Positions 40,001 through 47,505 of a DNA stretch of 64,000 nt are shown piece by piece. The stretch covers positions 1,056,001 through 1,120,000 of the forward strand of contig OZ241855.1 in the NCBI GenBank assembly GCA_965202785.1, read 5' to 3'. The translations under genes were made by a program, and so were the position numbers. The stretch is from Thermodesulfobacteriota bacterium (GTDB lineage Bacteria; Desulfobacterota_D; UBA1144; Nemesobacterales; Nemesobacteraceae). The notes beneath the pieces are model-generated. The model was not told the DNA's origin, made no database searches, and saw only the letters and a program-made list of their open reading frames with translations. The number at the start of each line of letters is the position of its first letter. The first letter of the stretch is position 1.

Positions 40001-40236
40001 GCGAGTACGTGGTGGGTTCGGGCTACCTGGGTCCGGGCGGAGGGGGAGAGATGCCGCCGGAAGAAAGACCGCCGGGAGAAGTCGAGGGAGAAGTCGGGGG
40101 AGATGAAAGCGCCGGAGGCGGCTGCGCCGTTGGAGCAGACTCTGGCGGAAGGGTTTTCCCGCTGCTGCTCCTTGGACTCGCGCTTTTTTTCTTGCTGCCC
40201 CTTGGAAGATTCCCGGCGGAAGACGGGGCAGGCTGA
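34036..40236 (+). CDS. Giant surface protein/adhesin (Calx-beta-like, cadherin, FN3, Ig-like repeats; C-terminal GGGC-TM anchor)
   Basis: Extended signal peptide; three cadherin (PDYENP-like)+FN3 (W..P.N.GP.I.DY.VRY) units; LPGWLSFD..TRTFSGTP; GGGCAV + TM tail. ORF track start 33991. Confidence 0.88.
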   Translation: MRTRGPFPPFSSPAASFGDRGRPDSSYRPGRPGLSKFLSFPPQHFAAALLVLLALFVGAQPETARAQSSVLVSNIAQTGEVGIRNVGSGGGLAQAFTTGDNAAGYALESIQAGVMAAEHVAQLTVSLYSESSDVPGSSLQTLTNPTPSSTGEQTLEFTSPGGRMLAANTTYFVVFECGHQTSFCAKMRRTSSDAEDAGAASGWSIGDGGHSYSGTRWNLFTHAIRIGVKGSAKTAAANTAAMGTPTISGTTQVGKTLTAVTTGISDTDGLDTVAWMYQWMRVDSDGTSNPVNVGTDSETYEIQSADLGKRLKVRVSFSDDVGNQETLTSAATGTVTAPVPEITIARQAASVTEGTAARFTVSASPAPVVNLDVSLGVADAAGLGDFVASGDEGSKMVTISAGAASATYSVPTVGDAVDEPNGSVTVSLGTGTGYTLGTAASASVTVNDNDAEPSVSVTRPSVTEGNMGTVTLDFVVSLSGLSAYPYRCNTLDEDSRTTATPSTDTVTGDYEPKDDNTLSFLTSQTLTFSVTVNGDTVSERNEKVLVRCRRGTLAGVTISGTITDDEPITASITAGTSPVTEGTAAEFTIKLSKGPPGAVMVKYTVAEASGSDFVATVNEGEKMVSFTAAPGDTSPQKTVNVPTVNDRQVEDPAAVTATLAAGTGYTVASAPNNAASVTVNSEDTNASPVIGGSSAFSVDENDTSVTRITATDADSDDTARAYSVSGGADASKFEISSSGALAFKTAPDWENPTDVASMSPQDGAGNNVYVVTVRVTSGTGGRSLSTDKTLKVTVDDVDEPPGAPSPMITTSTPRTLAVEWTAPTNTGPAITDYGVRYRKGSSGSFTDHSHSGTGLTTTITGLDPNSSYQVQVRATNAEGSSAWASGQVTGMTAMDRPPVLTVTDTTPSVAENETAVPTTLSAADPDMGDGITGWSLGGADASKFSISDSGALTFSPAPDYDRPADVSSTNPQNNAANNEYIVTVIVKSGVTGRELSDSETLTVTVTNVPEAPGTPSPTVTASTPTTLDIAWAKPANNGPEIDDYDVRYKLASADDSAFVNLASHAGTTKVTTRTATITGLTPSMEYVVEVRARNPEGDGAWGSVTRATLEDNAPTFAAGTPTAFTVNENDTEVHEFEASDGDPGDMVLSYGVSGPDGEKFDITDQGALTFKTAPDYENPTDDGRNRVYNVTVTVNSGVTGRTLAANRPITVRVRDVAEAPGVPSPTVTQRRPKTLTVAWDEPANTGPPINDYDVRYRKGSGGGYTTLTHNGTAREALITGLEKGTSYEVEVRARSLEGSSDWGSVTVDTDGFEITVTAGVESLEVSWPGVTGGNFQRVRWKVQGASDQTRTTEIFYDTTTRSYTIPSLSPGTAYEVEVSIRRTPPLVVLGEDVATGTPLSPPVAENNLAMGTPTITGTARAGETLTADTSGIMDTDGLTLVSYTYQWLRGDPGTSNHANISGASGFQYLVGANDVGKTLRVRVNFTDDLGNPETLTSGPTATVTLAPGVTVDPPSLNVDEDGGMGTFTVVLNTNPGASVTVSLSSSAPAAARVSHSQLIFTSSNWSSPRTVTVTGVDDSVDNPGNRRVAKIRMTYSSSSSDYSQSAVQDRVTVNVIDDETGGGGGGSSPNRPPVFPSGATAQTAYVDQEFIYTAPEATDPDEDPIDYAAALRDGSALPGWLSFDEATRTFSGTPEAGDAPALFDIEVTASDDGSPALSAATAFTLTVEECRVSDVSGEDESSLVEFVECAARRIAASDALGGTLALLERFRDPEGNWNDGRTYLVLLTEEGGVYFHAARRESEDRDWSALPCAEGGGVTDIEVGEGCPVGGGGYAHRFSASHVPLANGEKEFLLLGGFGGSSGRETLSGDIADPSTEAGDVASDGELMEFVEDAKESLEMAIGDDADPSGIRATLRDGEGPWKAGEVYVYIMDEETGRVIFDGGDREKEQTEALYRLAALGRVAQYREGSSLLRGYAVRVNAGEDEASREYVVGSGYLGPGGGGEMPPEERPPGEVEGEVGGDESAGGGCAVGADSGGRVFPLLLLGLALFFLLPLGRFPAEDGAG

Positions 40237-40342
40237 GGCGGCGGACGGAACATACTGGAGAACCGGCCCTTGGAGCGGCACGTCTCCGTGTGCCTTTTCC
40301 ATGCCGCGCAAAAAATCCATGCGCCAGCCTGGCACTGAGGGT

Positions 40343-40370
40343 TTGACAGTCATGTTTCCTGAAATAGACT
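40343..40370 (+). promoter_or_regulatory. Promoter of tRNA-Ala(CGC)
   Basis: TTGACA-N16-TAGACT. Confidence 0.55.
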
Positions 40371-40389
40371 AATTACTCCTGTTTTTCGT

Positions 40390-40466
40390 GGGGCCGTAGC
40401 TCAGACTGGGAGAGCGCATGAATCGCACTCATGAGGTCGCGGGTTCAAATCCCGTCGGCTCCACCA
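40390..40466 (+). tRNA. tRNA-Ala(CGC)
   Basis: GGGGCCG...CGGCTCCACCA with G3:U70; anticodon loop AT-CGC-AC. Confidence 0.95.
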
Positions 40467-40478
40467 CTCTTTCAGGGT

Positions 40479-40507
40479 TTGACATGCGCTCGCCTAGAAA
40501 CTAGATT
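40479..40507 (+). promoter_or_regulatory. Promoter of tRNA-Ala(GGC)
   Basis: TTGACA-N17-TAGATT. Confidence 0.55.
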
Positions 40508-40525
40508 TATAATCCTGTTTTATGC

Positions 40526-40601
40526 GGGGCCGTAGCTCAGCTGGGAGAGCGCATGAATGGCATTCATGAGGTCGCGGGTTCGACTCCCGTCGGCTCCACC
40601 A
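40526..40601 (+). tRNA. tRNA-Ala(GGC)
   Basis: Same cloverleaf; anticodon loop AT-GGC-AT; CCA encoded. Confidence 0.96.
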
Positions 40602-40606
40602 CCCCC

Positions 40607-41731
40607 TCAGGTTATTAACTTGGAATTTGAATATTCCTGCGGAAAAACTATTTTTTTCTCCCCGCCCTGCCACTGGGTTACCAGCATGCGGTGTCCTATC
40701 TGGCGCAGGGTCTTGGGGTCGACGCGGAAATCTCCGTAAAAAGTCATGAACCGGGAGCGCAGGGCTTGGCGCAGAAGCGCCTGTTCGTCCGTTTTGCCTG
40801 TTTTCTCGATGAGTTTCTGAATTATTAGTCCCATGTTGTAGGACTGTGCGGCGGTGTAGTCGGGCGTGTATCCGTAGGCGCGGGCGAACCTGTCTGAAAA
40901 CTCCTCGGGACTCGGGCCGAAATCCGGGGATAAAGAAAGCGTCGGTTCCCACTGGCTTGTCGAGACAAAACCGTCTGCCTCCTGCCCGAGACGTTTTTCA
41001 AACTCGTTTACCGCCGCCGCAAGCGTCGCCACTACCCCGAAGTCAAAGCCTGAGTTCCTTCTTATCCACTTGGCGAGATTTATGTCGTCTTCCATGCCCC
41101 CGCAGCAGAGAACGCAGGAAGCGCCACGGCTTTTTGCGCGGGAGAGTACAGCGGAGAAATCTTCTTTGCCGGAAGGAAAATCATAAACGGCTGCCGAAAT
41201 ACCTAGTGTCTCCGCGCGAAGCAGGGCCCCTTCGCACACAGTTTGGGAGAACCTGCTTCCCTCGAGGCGCAGAACGGAGATCTCCACAGCCTCGGCATAA
41301 CAGCCGTGGATCATATCCACAACCGCCTGGAAGTAAGAAGACGCCCCGGTTATTGCGCTTACCGTTTTGCCTCGGGCGCGAGAAGGAATGTCGTCAAGCG
41401 AACCGCCGTAATTCCACACTACTCTTTGGGCTTTCGCCGCGGTCTCAACGCACGCGAGCGTGAGGCTGCTTGAATACGGCCCCAGCAGTATGTCTGCCCT
41501 GTCTTTTTCTATAAGGCGGAGGGTGTTCTCCTTTGTTTTTTCAGGGATACTCTCGTCATCGTAGAAAACGAGTTCCGGAACCAGGGATTTTCCATCCCGC
41601 GTCTCTATTCCGCCTCTAGCGCGCAGTTCCTCGATAAAAAGTTTTATTCCCCGGAGGCTTTCCCTGCCCTGGATTGCGTGGCGTCCTGAGAGCGTTGCGG
41701 GAAGGCCGATTTTAAAGGGAATCACGTGCAT
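40607..41731 (-). CDS. LivJ/AmiC-like type-1 periplasmic-binding-fold protein, no signal peptide
   Basis: KIG...LSG, YDDES, LLGPYSS, TFYGDFRVD, QWQGG. Confidence 0.82.
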   Translation of the reverse strand: MHVIPFKIGLPATLSGRHAIQGRESLRGIKLFIEELRARGGIETRDGKSLVPELVFYDDESIPEKTKENTLRLIEKDRADILLGPYSSSLTLACVETAAKAQRVVWNYGGSLDDIPSRARGKTVSAITGASSYFQAVVDMIHGCYAEAVEISVLRLEGSRFSQTVCEGALLRAETLGISAAVYDFPSGKEDFSAVLSRAKSRGASCVLCCGGMEDDINLAKWIRRNSGFDFGVVATLAAAVNEFEKRLGQEADGFVSTSQWEPTLSLSPDFGPSPEEFSDRFARAYGYTPDYTAAQSYNMGLIIQKLIEKTGKTDEQALLRQALRSRFMTFYGDFRVDPKTLRQIGHRMLVTQWQGGEKKIVFPQEYSNSKLIT

Positions 41732-41836
41732 TTTCTTTTGCTGCGTTACTCAGGATGCTGCGTTCCATGCCCAACTGCTGCCGCAGGAACAGAAGTTTCG
41801 TGGACTGCTGGTTAAGTCGCCGGGATATCGCGGGCG

Positions 41837-42295
41837 TCATGCTTTGAACAATGCCGCTAAACGAACCGCGGCACCCTCGGAGAACGGGTTGATGAACTCG
41901 ACGCCTCCCAGTCGTCGGCCGTCCTGCATGTCTTCGCTGAGAATCGCGGAACATCCGTTCCGCCGCGCCGCTGCCCAGAGCATCGCGTCCCAGAACGAGA
42001 GCAAGTGTTCATTTACCGCTTCCATGGCGTCGACAAGGGCCGCGTTGTCCGCGCGGATGACTTGGAACACATCCAGCCAATCGAGTACGAAAGCACTCGC
42101 GCGAGACGATTCAAGCAGTTTTTTGCGTGTCGTCACGTGAAAAAACTCGGCCAGCGCCTGAACCGTAAGCAAACAGTCAAGCCGGGCTACGCGTCCGATG
42201 AGTTCCTTTGACCGTTCATGAAGTTCTCCGGCATCGCGGTCAACCGCGTAGACTAAAATGTTGGTATCAACCGAGAAGCGTCCTTTAACGATCAT
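41837..42295 (-). CDS. PIN-domain toxin (VapC-like)
   Basis: VDTNILVYA, LSFWDA, LSEDMQDG. Confidence 0.92.
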   Translation of the reverse strand: MIVKGRFSVDTNILVYAVDRDAGELHERSKELIGRVARLDCLLTVQALAEFFHVTTRKKLLESSRASAFVLDWLDVFQVIRADNAALVDAMEAVNEHLLSFWDAMLWAAARRNGCSAILSEDMQDGRRLGGVEFINPFSEGAAVRLAALFKA

Positions 42296-42530
42296 AGATG
42301 TCTTCCCGCTTTACCTTGAGACCGCCGAGAGAAGCGCCTTCGTCCAATCGTGCCATCATCCTCCGGTAAGCTGATGTCCAGACGGCATCGGCCGCTTTGT
42401 CGGCGGTGTGGGGTACAAGCCTGGCGACCGGGCGACCGCGTCGGGTGATCAGAAAATCCTCTCCGCGCTCAACTTCCTTTACCAGTCTTGAGAACTCCTG
42501 ATTAGCCGTTTTCAGGGAAACGGTGCGCAT
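42285..42530 (-). CDS. Phd/YefM family antitoxin
   Basis: FSRLVKEVERGE..ITRRGRPVARLVP; overlaps toxin start. Confidence 0.92.
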   Translation of the reverse strand: MRTVSLKTANQEFSRLVKEVERGEDFLITRRGRPVARLVPHTADKAADAVWTSAYRRMMARLDEGASLGGLKVKREDIYDR

Positions 42531-42546
42531 TGAATTCCTCCAAATT

Positions 42547-42590
42547 TGTAGTATATACTACATTCTAACGGACATCAATTTTCTCGTCAA
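42547..42590 (-). promoter_or_regulatory. TA promoter with operator palindrome
   Basis: Minus TTGACG-N17-TAGAAT followed by the perfect palindrome TGTAGTATATACTACA (42547-42562). Confidence 0.75.
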
Positions 42591-42819
42591 ACAACGAAAA
42601 GGGTAGATGCAGGAGTAAGAATATCCGGGTTTTTACCCGCTGGAAGCATTATTGCCGTGTCATCTCTTCGGGTGCTGATCAAACGGTGGACAAGGGATAA
42701 AACGGTGGTATATGGCAAGCTGTGCTTTTGTCCGGCGAGGGCCGGCATGGCATAACCTTATAAAAGCGGGGGGAACAATATGGACATTGCCCGTTGTTGT
42801 CGTTTGCGGGGGGTGGAGG

Positions 42820-44013
42820 TCAGAGCAGGGTTTTTACCGCCTCTTCGATTCTGTTTAAGCCTTCTTCTATGTTCTCCATGGATGTCGCGTAGGATATCCT
42901 TAGGTAGTTTTCTTTTCCGAAGGCTATGCCGGGAACGACGGCCACTTTCGCTTTTTCGAGCAGGAATTCGGTAAACGAAACTGATCCGTCGATCTTCTTG
43001 TCTCCGTATGCTTTCCCCACAAAACCGCTTATGCTCGGGAACACGTAGAACGCTCCCATGGGGTCAAAACACGTAAATCCCGGGATTTCATTAAGCCTCT
43101 TTACTATAAAATTCTTTCTTCTCTCAAATTCCCTTGCCCTTTTACCGAGCAGTTCCTGCGGTCCTTTAAGCGCCTCAAGGGCTGCCATCTGCGAGATTGA
43201 TGAGGGGTTTGAAGTTGACTGGCCTTGTAGCTTCGCCATCGCGCTTATCACTCTTTTGTCTCCGGCGGCGTATCCTATGCGCCACCCGGTCATCGAGTAG
43301 GATTTGGATACTCCGTTTACGAGTATAGTGGATTTCTTAGCCTTGTCGCTTAGAGAGCAGACAGATACGTGTTCAGTATCTGCGTAGATTATTTTTTCGT
43401 ATATTTCATCTGAAATTATGATCAGGTCGGCGTCCAGGGCGACTTTTACTATCTCCTCAAGCTCTCCGCGCGGATAAGTGGTCCCCGTTGGATTCGAAGG
43501 ATAGTTAAGAATAAGGGCCCGCGTCCTTTCGTTTATCTCCGCCTGAAGCTGCTCCGGGGTGATTTTGAAAAGCCCTTGTTCGTCTGTGTCCATAATCACC
43601 GGAGTCGCGCCCGTAAGCGCCACCTGGTCGGGATAGGAAACCCAGTAGGGGGCTGGAATTATGACCTCGTCTCCAGGTTCGAAAAGTGCCTGGGTGATGT
43701 TGTATATCGAGTGTTTTGCCCCGCAGGAAACCAGTATTTCGTCCCTTGAGTACTCAAGGCCGTGATCTTTTTTCAAAGACTCCGCTATCGCGTCTTTGAG
43801 CTCGTCGATTCCACCCACGGCGGTGTATTTAGTAAAACCGCTTTTAATCGCGGCCACGCCTTCTTTTTTCACGTTCTCCGGGGTATCGAAATCGGGTTCC
43901 CCCGCTCCGAACCCTATGATGTCGACCCCCTGGGCGCGAAGCGACTTGGCTTTTGCCGTTATGGTCAGGGTCGCCGATGGCTTAAGATTGGTTACTCTTT
44001 CTGTAAGTCTCAC
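42820..44013 (-). CDS. PLP-dependent class I aminotransferase (aspartate aminotransferase-like)
   Basis: GEPDF, PSNPTG, SDEIY, SKSYSMTGWRIG. Confidence 0.93.
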   Translation of the reverse strand: MRLTERVTNLKPSATLTITAKAKSLRAQGVDIIGFGAGEPDFDTPENVKKEGVAAIKSGFTKYTAVGGIDELKDAIAESLKKDHGLEYSRDEILVSCGAKHSIYNITQALFEPGDEVIIPAPYWVSYPDQVALTGATPVIMDTDEQGLFKITPEQLQAEINERTRALILNYPSNPTGTTYPRGELEEIVKVALDADLIIISDEIYEKIIYADTEHVSVCSLSDKAKKSTILVNGVSKSYSMTGWRIGYAAGDKRVISAMAKLQGQSTSNPSSISQMAALEALKGPQELLGKRAREFERRKNFIVKRLNEIPGFTCFDPMGAFYVFPSISGFVGKAYGDKKIDGSVSFTEFLLEKAKVAVVPGIAFGKENYLRISYATSMENIEEGLNRIEEAVKTLL

Positions 44014-44014
44014 T

Positions 44015-44521
44015 TTATTTCTTCCTCCGCTTTTTTGCCGGGCGGAGTTTCTCGATCAGTTTTTCCTCAACCGCAGCCGGCACGAAACCCTTTGCGGAAC
44101 CTCCCAGGGAAATGATTTCCTTTATAAGAGATGAGCTTATGTGAGAGAACTGGCTTTCGGTCACCATAAACAGCGTTTCCACCTCTTCGTTCATAAGCTT
44201 GTTCGCTGTGGCCATCTGAAGTTCGTATTCAAAGTCCGAGTGGCATCTCATTCCGCGCAGTATGGTGTTTGTCTCTTTTTCTCTTATATAGTCGGCCAGC
44301 AGTCCCTCGAAGCTTTCAACCTCGACATTGGGGAAATCCTTGGTCACCTCGGCAATGAGAGACACTCTTTCTTCGGTCGAGAGCGTTGTTTTCTTTGAAG
44401 TATTGTGTCCGACCGAGATTATGATTTTCTCGAATATCCCCGCGGCCCGGGCGATTATGTTAAGGTGCCCGTTTGTGAAAGGGTCAAAGGAACCCGGGTA
44501 AATTACCGTCTTGCCGTTCAA
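44015..44521 (-). CDS. coaD: Pantetheine-phosphate adenylyltransferase
   Basis: YPGSFDPFTNGH, DFEYE, ISSSLIKE. Confidence 0.97.
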   Translation of the reverse strand: MNGKTVIYPGSFDPFTNGHLNIIARAAGIFEKIIISVGHNTSKKTTLSTEERVSLIAEVTKDFPNVEVESFEGLLADYIREKETNTILRGMRCHSDFEYELQMATANKLMNEEVETLFMVTESQFSHISSSLIKEIISLGGSAKGFVPAAVEEKLIEKLRPAKKRRKK

Positions 44522-45066
44522 TCTAGCCTCCTTAGAAAACTTACGGATGTGCCTCCGTATTTTCTGGTTCTCACGTCAAGTCCTTCAGAATTAATAACGT
44601 TTCCAGATGGATGTTCAATAACCATCACTCCTTTCTCTCCAGTGACGCTTCGTATATCGCGGGCAAGCTCATGAGGCCCCGTCTTTTCGTAAAGCTCATA
44701 CGGGGGATCGACGAAAACAAGATCAAACCCGCAATTTTCCGCACTTAACATACTCAATGCTTTTCTGAAATCAAAATTGAGTATCTTTGATTGTTCAGTG
44801 TATCCCAAGGAACGCAGATTCTGGGCGATTATTCCCGCCGTGGCGGGGTTTTTCTCAACGAAGACACAAAATGCGGCTCCCAGACTCAGAGCCTCGATTC
44901 CCAGATTCCCCGAGCCTGAGAAAAGATCAAGCACCCTTGTTCCCGCCACTTCGGGACCCAGTATGTCGAAAATGGATTTTTTTATTTTGGATGTCGTGGG
45001 TCTAAGCGATTTTCCCCTTGGGACCTTCAGTCTTTTTCCCTTGGATTGTCCTGTAAGTACGCGCAT
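44518..45066 (-). CDS. rsmD: 16S rRNA m2G966 methyltransferase
   Basis: LRPT, LDLFSGSG..GIEALS, DPPY; adjacent to coaD. Confidence 0.93.
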   Translation of the reverse strand: MRVLTGQSKGKRLKVPRGKSLRPTTSKIKKSIFDILGPEVAGTRVLDLFSGSGNLGIEALSLGAAFCVFVEKNPATAGIIAQNLRSLGYTEQSKILNFDFRKALSMLSAENCGFDLVFVDPPYELYEKTGPHELARDIRSVTGEKGVMVIEHPSGNVINSEGLDVRTRKYGGTSVSFLRRLD

Positions 45067-45426
45067 GTTGATTATGCCGATTTTCTCGATCAAGCCGGAC
45101 TTGCTCCAGACCCGTAATCAAATTGCAGTATTTATGCATTTTAATTAGCTTCTTGCTTTTTCCCCCTGATTATATCACGAATTACGTCTGTTGAAGTTGA
45201 TAGGCTGATGCGTCTTTACTTAAAACGTTTCAGAACCTTGATGCTCTACTTAAAATTCGGGGTCACTGATCGATCGAACTTGATCGCCGTTTTTTGAAAA
45301 ATGGTATGGGCTGACAGGTAAGGGTTGCTCCTTTGTGAATTTACTCGTTCTCCAAGGCCATGCACGTGCGCATAGGGATCCCTCTATATTTTGTCTCAAG
45401 AACTGTTAACGAGTAGAAACCGGTAT

Positions 45427-46575
45427 TCATTTCTTCCTTTCTAGCCAATTGAGTATTATCTCCTGATGACCGATAATGGGGCTTTCTCCGACAGACGCCG
45501 GGCCAACTTCAAAATAAGGGCTCTGGAGTGATTTCTGCTGCTGCTCGCATGCGTAAACATCTTCAGCGACGAAATCGCCACTGGTCATAGGGTCGTCTTT
45601 GTTCTCTGGATCAGGTTTGTATTTGCCACCAAAACTGCTGGACCAAAACGAGCTGGATCGTAGTGCCTGCTTCCCAAATTCCCAGATCGAAGCACTTGCG
45701 ACCCGAACTCGATTTTCAACCCTAGTAAGGTCCGGAGCGAGCGGCTTTACGATGAATGTTGTCCAAGTACTTTCTGTTTCTGCTAACCCGATGCCGGGAA
45801 ACAACATTGGAACCCACGCACCCGCCTGTTCGCTGGGTATAACTAGCGGGTAAGGTGCGTTAGCCTTAATATCCGTGCCATATCGCTCGGAAAGAGGCTC
45901 CCAGAAGGCGTAGTGAGGACCGACAAACCCGTACTTTGCTTTGGCGTGGTCATACATGCTAAGGGTTCCGGAGTGCAGGTGTGACAGGTGATACACGTCG
46001 ATGTAGTTCTCAACCACAATCTTCCAGTTCGCTTTGATTTCATAGCTGGTGCGCGCATCTTTATACTCAGGAAGTTCTTCTACGGCATGTGGCCCGAGTT
46101 TAGGTTCAAGATCGCCAACCCACTCCGTAATAGATCCGGCATCCGGGTCCGGATGGATAAATATCATGCCTCGCCAGACATCGACGGCAGCTGGCTTAAG
46201 TCCTAGGCATGACTTGTCTATTCCTTCGAATTCCCGTTTTTCATCGGGCACCGAAATAAGGTTGCCATCTAGATCATATGTCCAGTCATGGTACGGACAA
46301 GTCAATACTTTTTTGGTTTTACCGACTGCTCTAATCAGTTGCGTTCCGCGGTGACGACAAATATTATGAAACGCGCGCAGGCGCCGGTCGTGCCCCATTA
46401 CGATAAAAATATTGTTAAGACCGGCTTGCACGGAGATATAATTGCCAGGCTCCGCAACATCCTCAATAAAGCCGGCATATCGCCATGTTTTGGAGAATAT
46501 CTCTTTCTGTTCTCGATCAAACCAGACCTGACTCGTATATGCGGATACAGGTAGCTTGTGCATCATTCTGGTCAT
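45427..46575 (-). CDS. Rieske non-haem iron oxygenase alpha subunit (choline monooxygenase/CntA-like)
   Basis: CRHRG..CPYH Rieske ligands; NWK..ENYIDVYH.SHLH; ED..ACE. Confidence 0.92.
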   Translation of the reverse strand: MTRMMHKLPVSAYTSQVWFDREQKEIFSKTWRYAGFIEDVAEPGNYISVQAGLNNIFIVMGHDRRLRAFHNICRHRGTQLIRAVGKTKKVLTCPYHDWTYDLDGNLISVPDEKREFEGIDKSCLGLKPAAVDVWRGMIFIHPDPDAGSITEWVGDLEPKLGPHAVEELPEYKDARTSYEIKANWKIVVENYIDVYHLSHLHSGTLSMYDHAKAKYGFVGPHYAFWEPLSERYGTDIKANAPYPLVIPSEQAGAWVPMLFPGIGLAETESTWTTFIVKPLAPDLTRVENRVRVASASIWEFGKQALRSSSFWSSSFGGKYKPDPENKDDPMTSGDFVAEDVYACEQQQKSLQSPYFEVGPASVGESPIIGHQEIILNWLERKK

Positions 46576-46594
46576 ATCTGTCCCTCATTTGAAG

Positions 46595-46834
46595 CTAGGA
46601 AAAATCCTCGGCAATCATTATTAGACCTAAAGTCACCCAAGCGATTTGAATGATCCAAAAGAGAAAAGGGTCGGTCTTGCGAGTAACGTAGGTTAGCAGC
46701 AAAGTATTTCCTGAACGGAAACTAGAAATCGTCCAGAACAGGAACAACATTCCCCAGAACAATTGATATCCCAAAGCGGTGGATATCATCAGGATTGCAA
46801 AGGTTACATAGTTTAAGGTGCGTGAATTATTCAT
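46595..46834 (-). CDS. Small membrane protein
   Basis: 79 aa, hydrophobic; overlaps the TetR stop, 19 nt before the Rieske gene. Confidence 0.7.
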   Translation of the reverse strand: MNNSRTLNYVTFAILMISTALGYQLFWGMLFLFWTISSFRSGNTLLLTYVTRKTDPFLFWIIQIAWVTLGLIMIAEDFS

Positions 46835-47429
46835 ATTTCGTTGTTTCCTTTAACGAATTAACAAGCTTCTCCATTGCAAAGCGTGAACGCTGATAGAAGT
46901 TTTTTGAAAAGGACAATGATTCAAGTGACGCTACATTGAAGTAGATAGATACTAACCCGTTTGAAACGGCTTCAATGCTTTTTTTGTCATTTTCGGGATA
47001 TTCGGTCTTGATGAGCTGGCAGAGCGCATGCTCAAATCTTTCAATTGATGATCTAATCCTTTCAGCCAGCTTAGGGTCGTTGGTGCATTTCATCGTTAGC
47101 GCTGCAAAAGCAAGAATAAGTTCTGGGTCGGAATCTTCATGAGGCGTCGTCATAAACTTAATCAATGTTTTTAAGTCACCCTTCTCGGGTAAAGATGTAA
47201 GTAATTGCGAAGTCGCTTCGTCAAACTCACTCAACACATGAGACGTTAACATCTCACTCATCTCAGCCTTGTTGCCGAGGTGATGCCGAATAAGCGATCG
47301 AGAAAGCCCGGCTGTTTTCGCGATAATTTCCAGTGTTGTCCCGTCGAGACCGTACTTAGCGATAGCCGAAACGTAGGCCTTCATCACTTCTGACTGTCGT
47401 TGATCTTTGTTAGACGGTCGTCCGGCCAT
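46827..47429 (-). CDS. TetR family regulator (BetI-like)
   Basis: MAGRPS..GLDGTTLEIIAKTAGLSRSLIRHHLGNK HTH; start reassigned to 47429. Confidence 0.88.
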   Translation of the reverse strand: MAGRPSNKDQRQSEVMKAYVSAIAKYGLDGTTLEIIAKTAGLSRSLIRHHLGNKAEMSEMLTSHVLSEFDEATSQLLTSLPEKGDLKTLIKFMTTPHEDSDPELILAFAALTMKCTNDPKLAERIRSSIERFEHALCQLIKTEYPENDKKSIEAVSNGLVSIYFNVASLESLSFSKNFYQRSRFAMEKLVNSLKETTKYE

Positions 47430-47467
47430 GATTCCTCTGGTTATTGCTCGGGGGGTACAATACATAA

Positions 47468-47505
47468 GCCTGAATATATTGTCAATTATGACAATATATT
47501 CAGGC
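47468..47505. promoter_or_regulatory. Perfect 17-bp inverted repeat, probable TetR operator
   Basis: GCCTGAATATATTGTCA-ATTA-TGACAATATATTCAGGC, 38 nt upstream of the TetR ATG. Confidence 0.75.

Noticed and set aside
34237-40372. Many long antisense and alternate-frame ORFs in the giant gene (e.g. 36874..38064)
   Set aside because: Shadow ORFs of GC-rich, codon-biased DNA with no recognisable motifs
40390-42800. Possible tRNA-anchored integrative element
   Set aside because: Both tRNA copies are complete; no integrase or partial att duplicate seen
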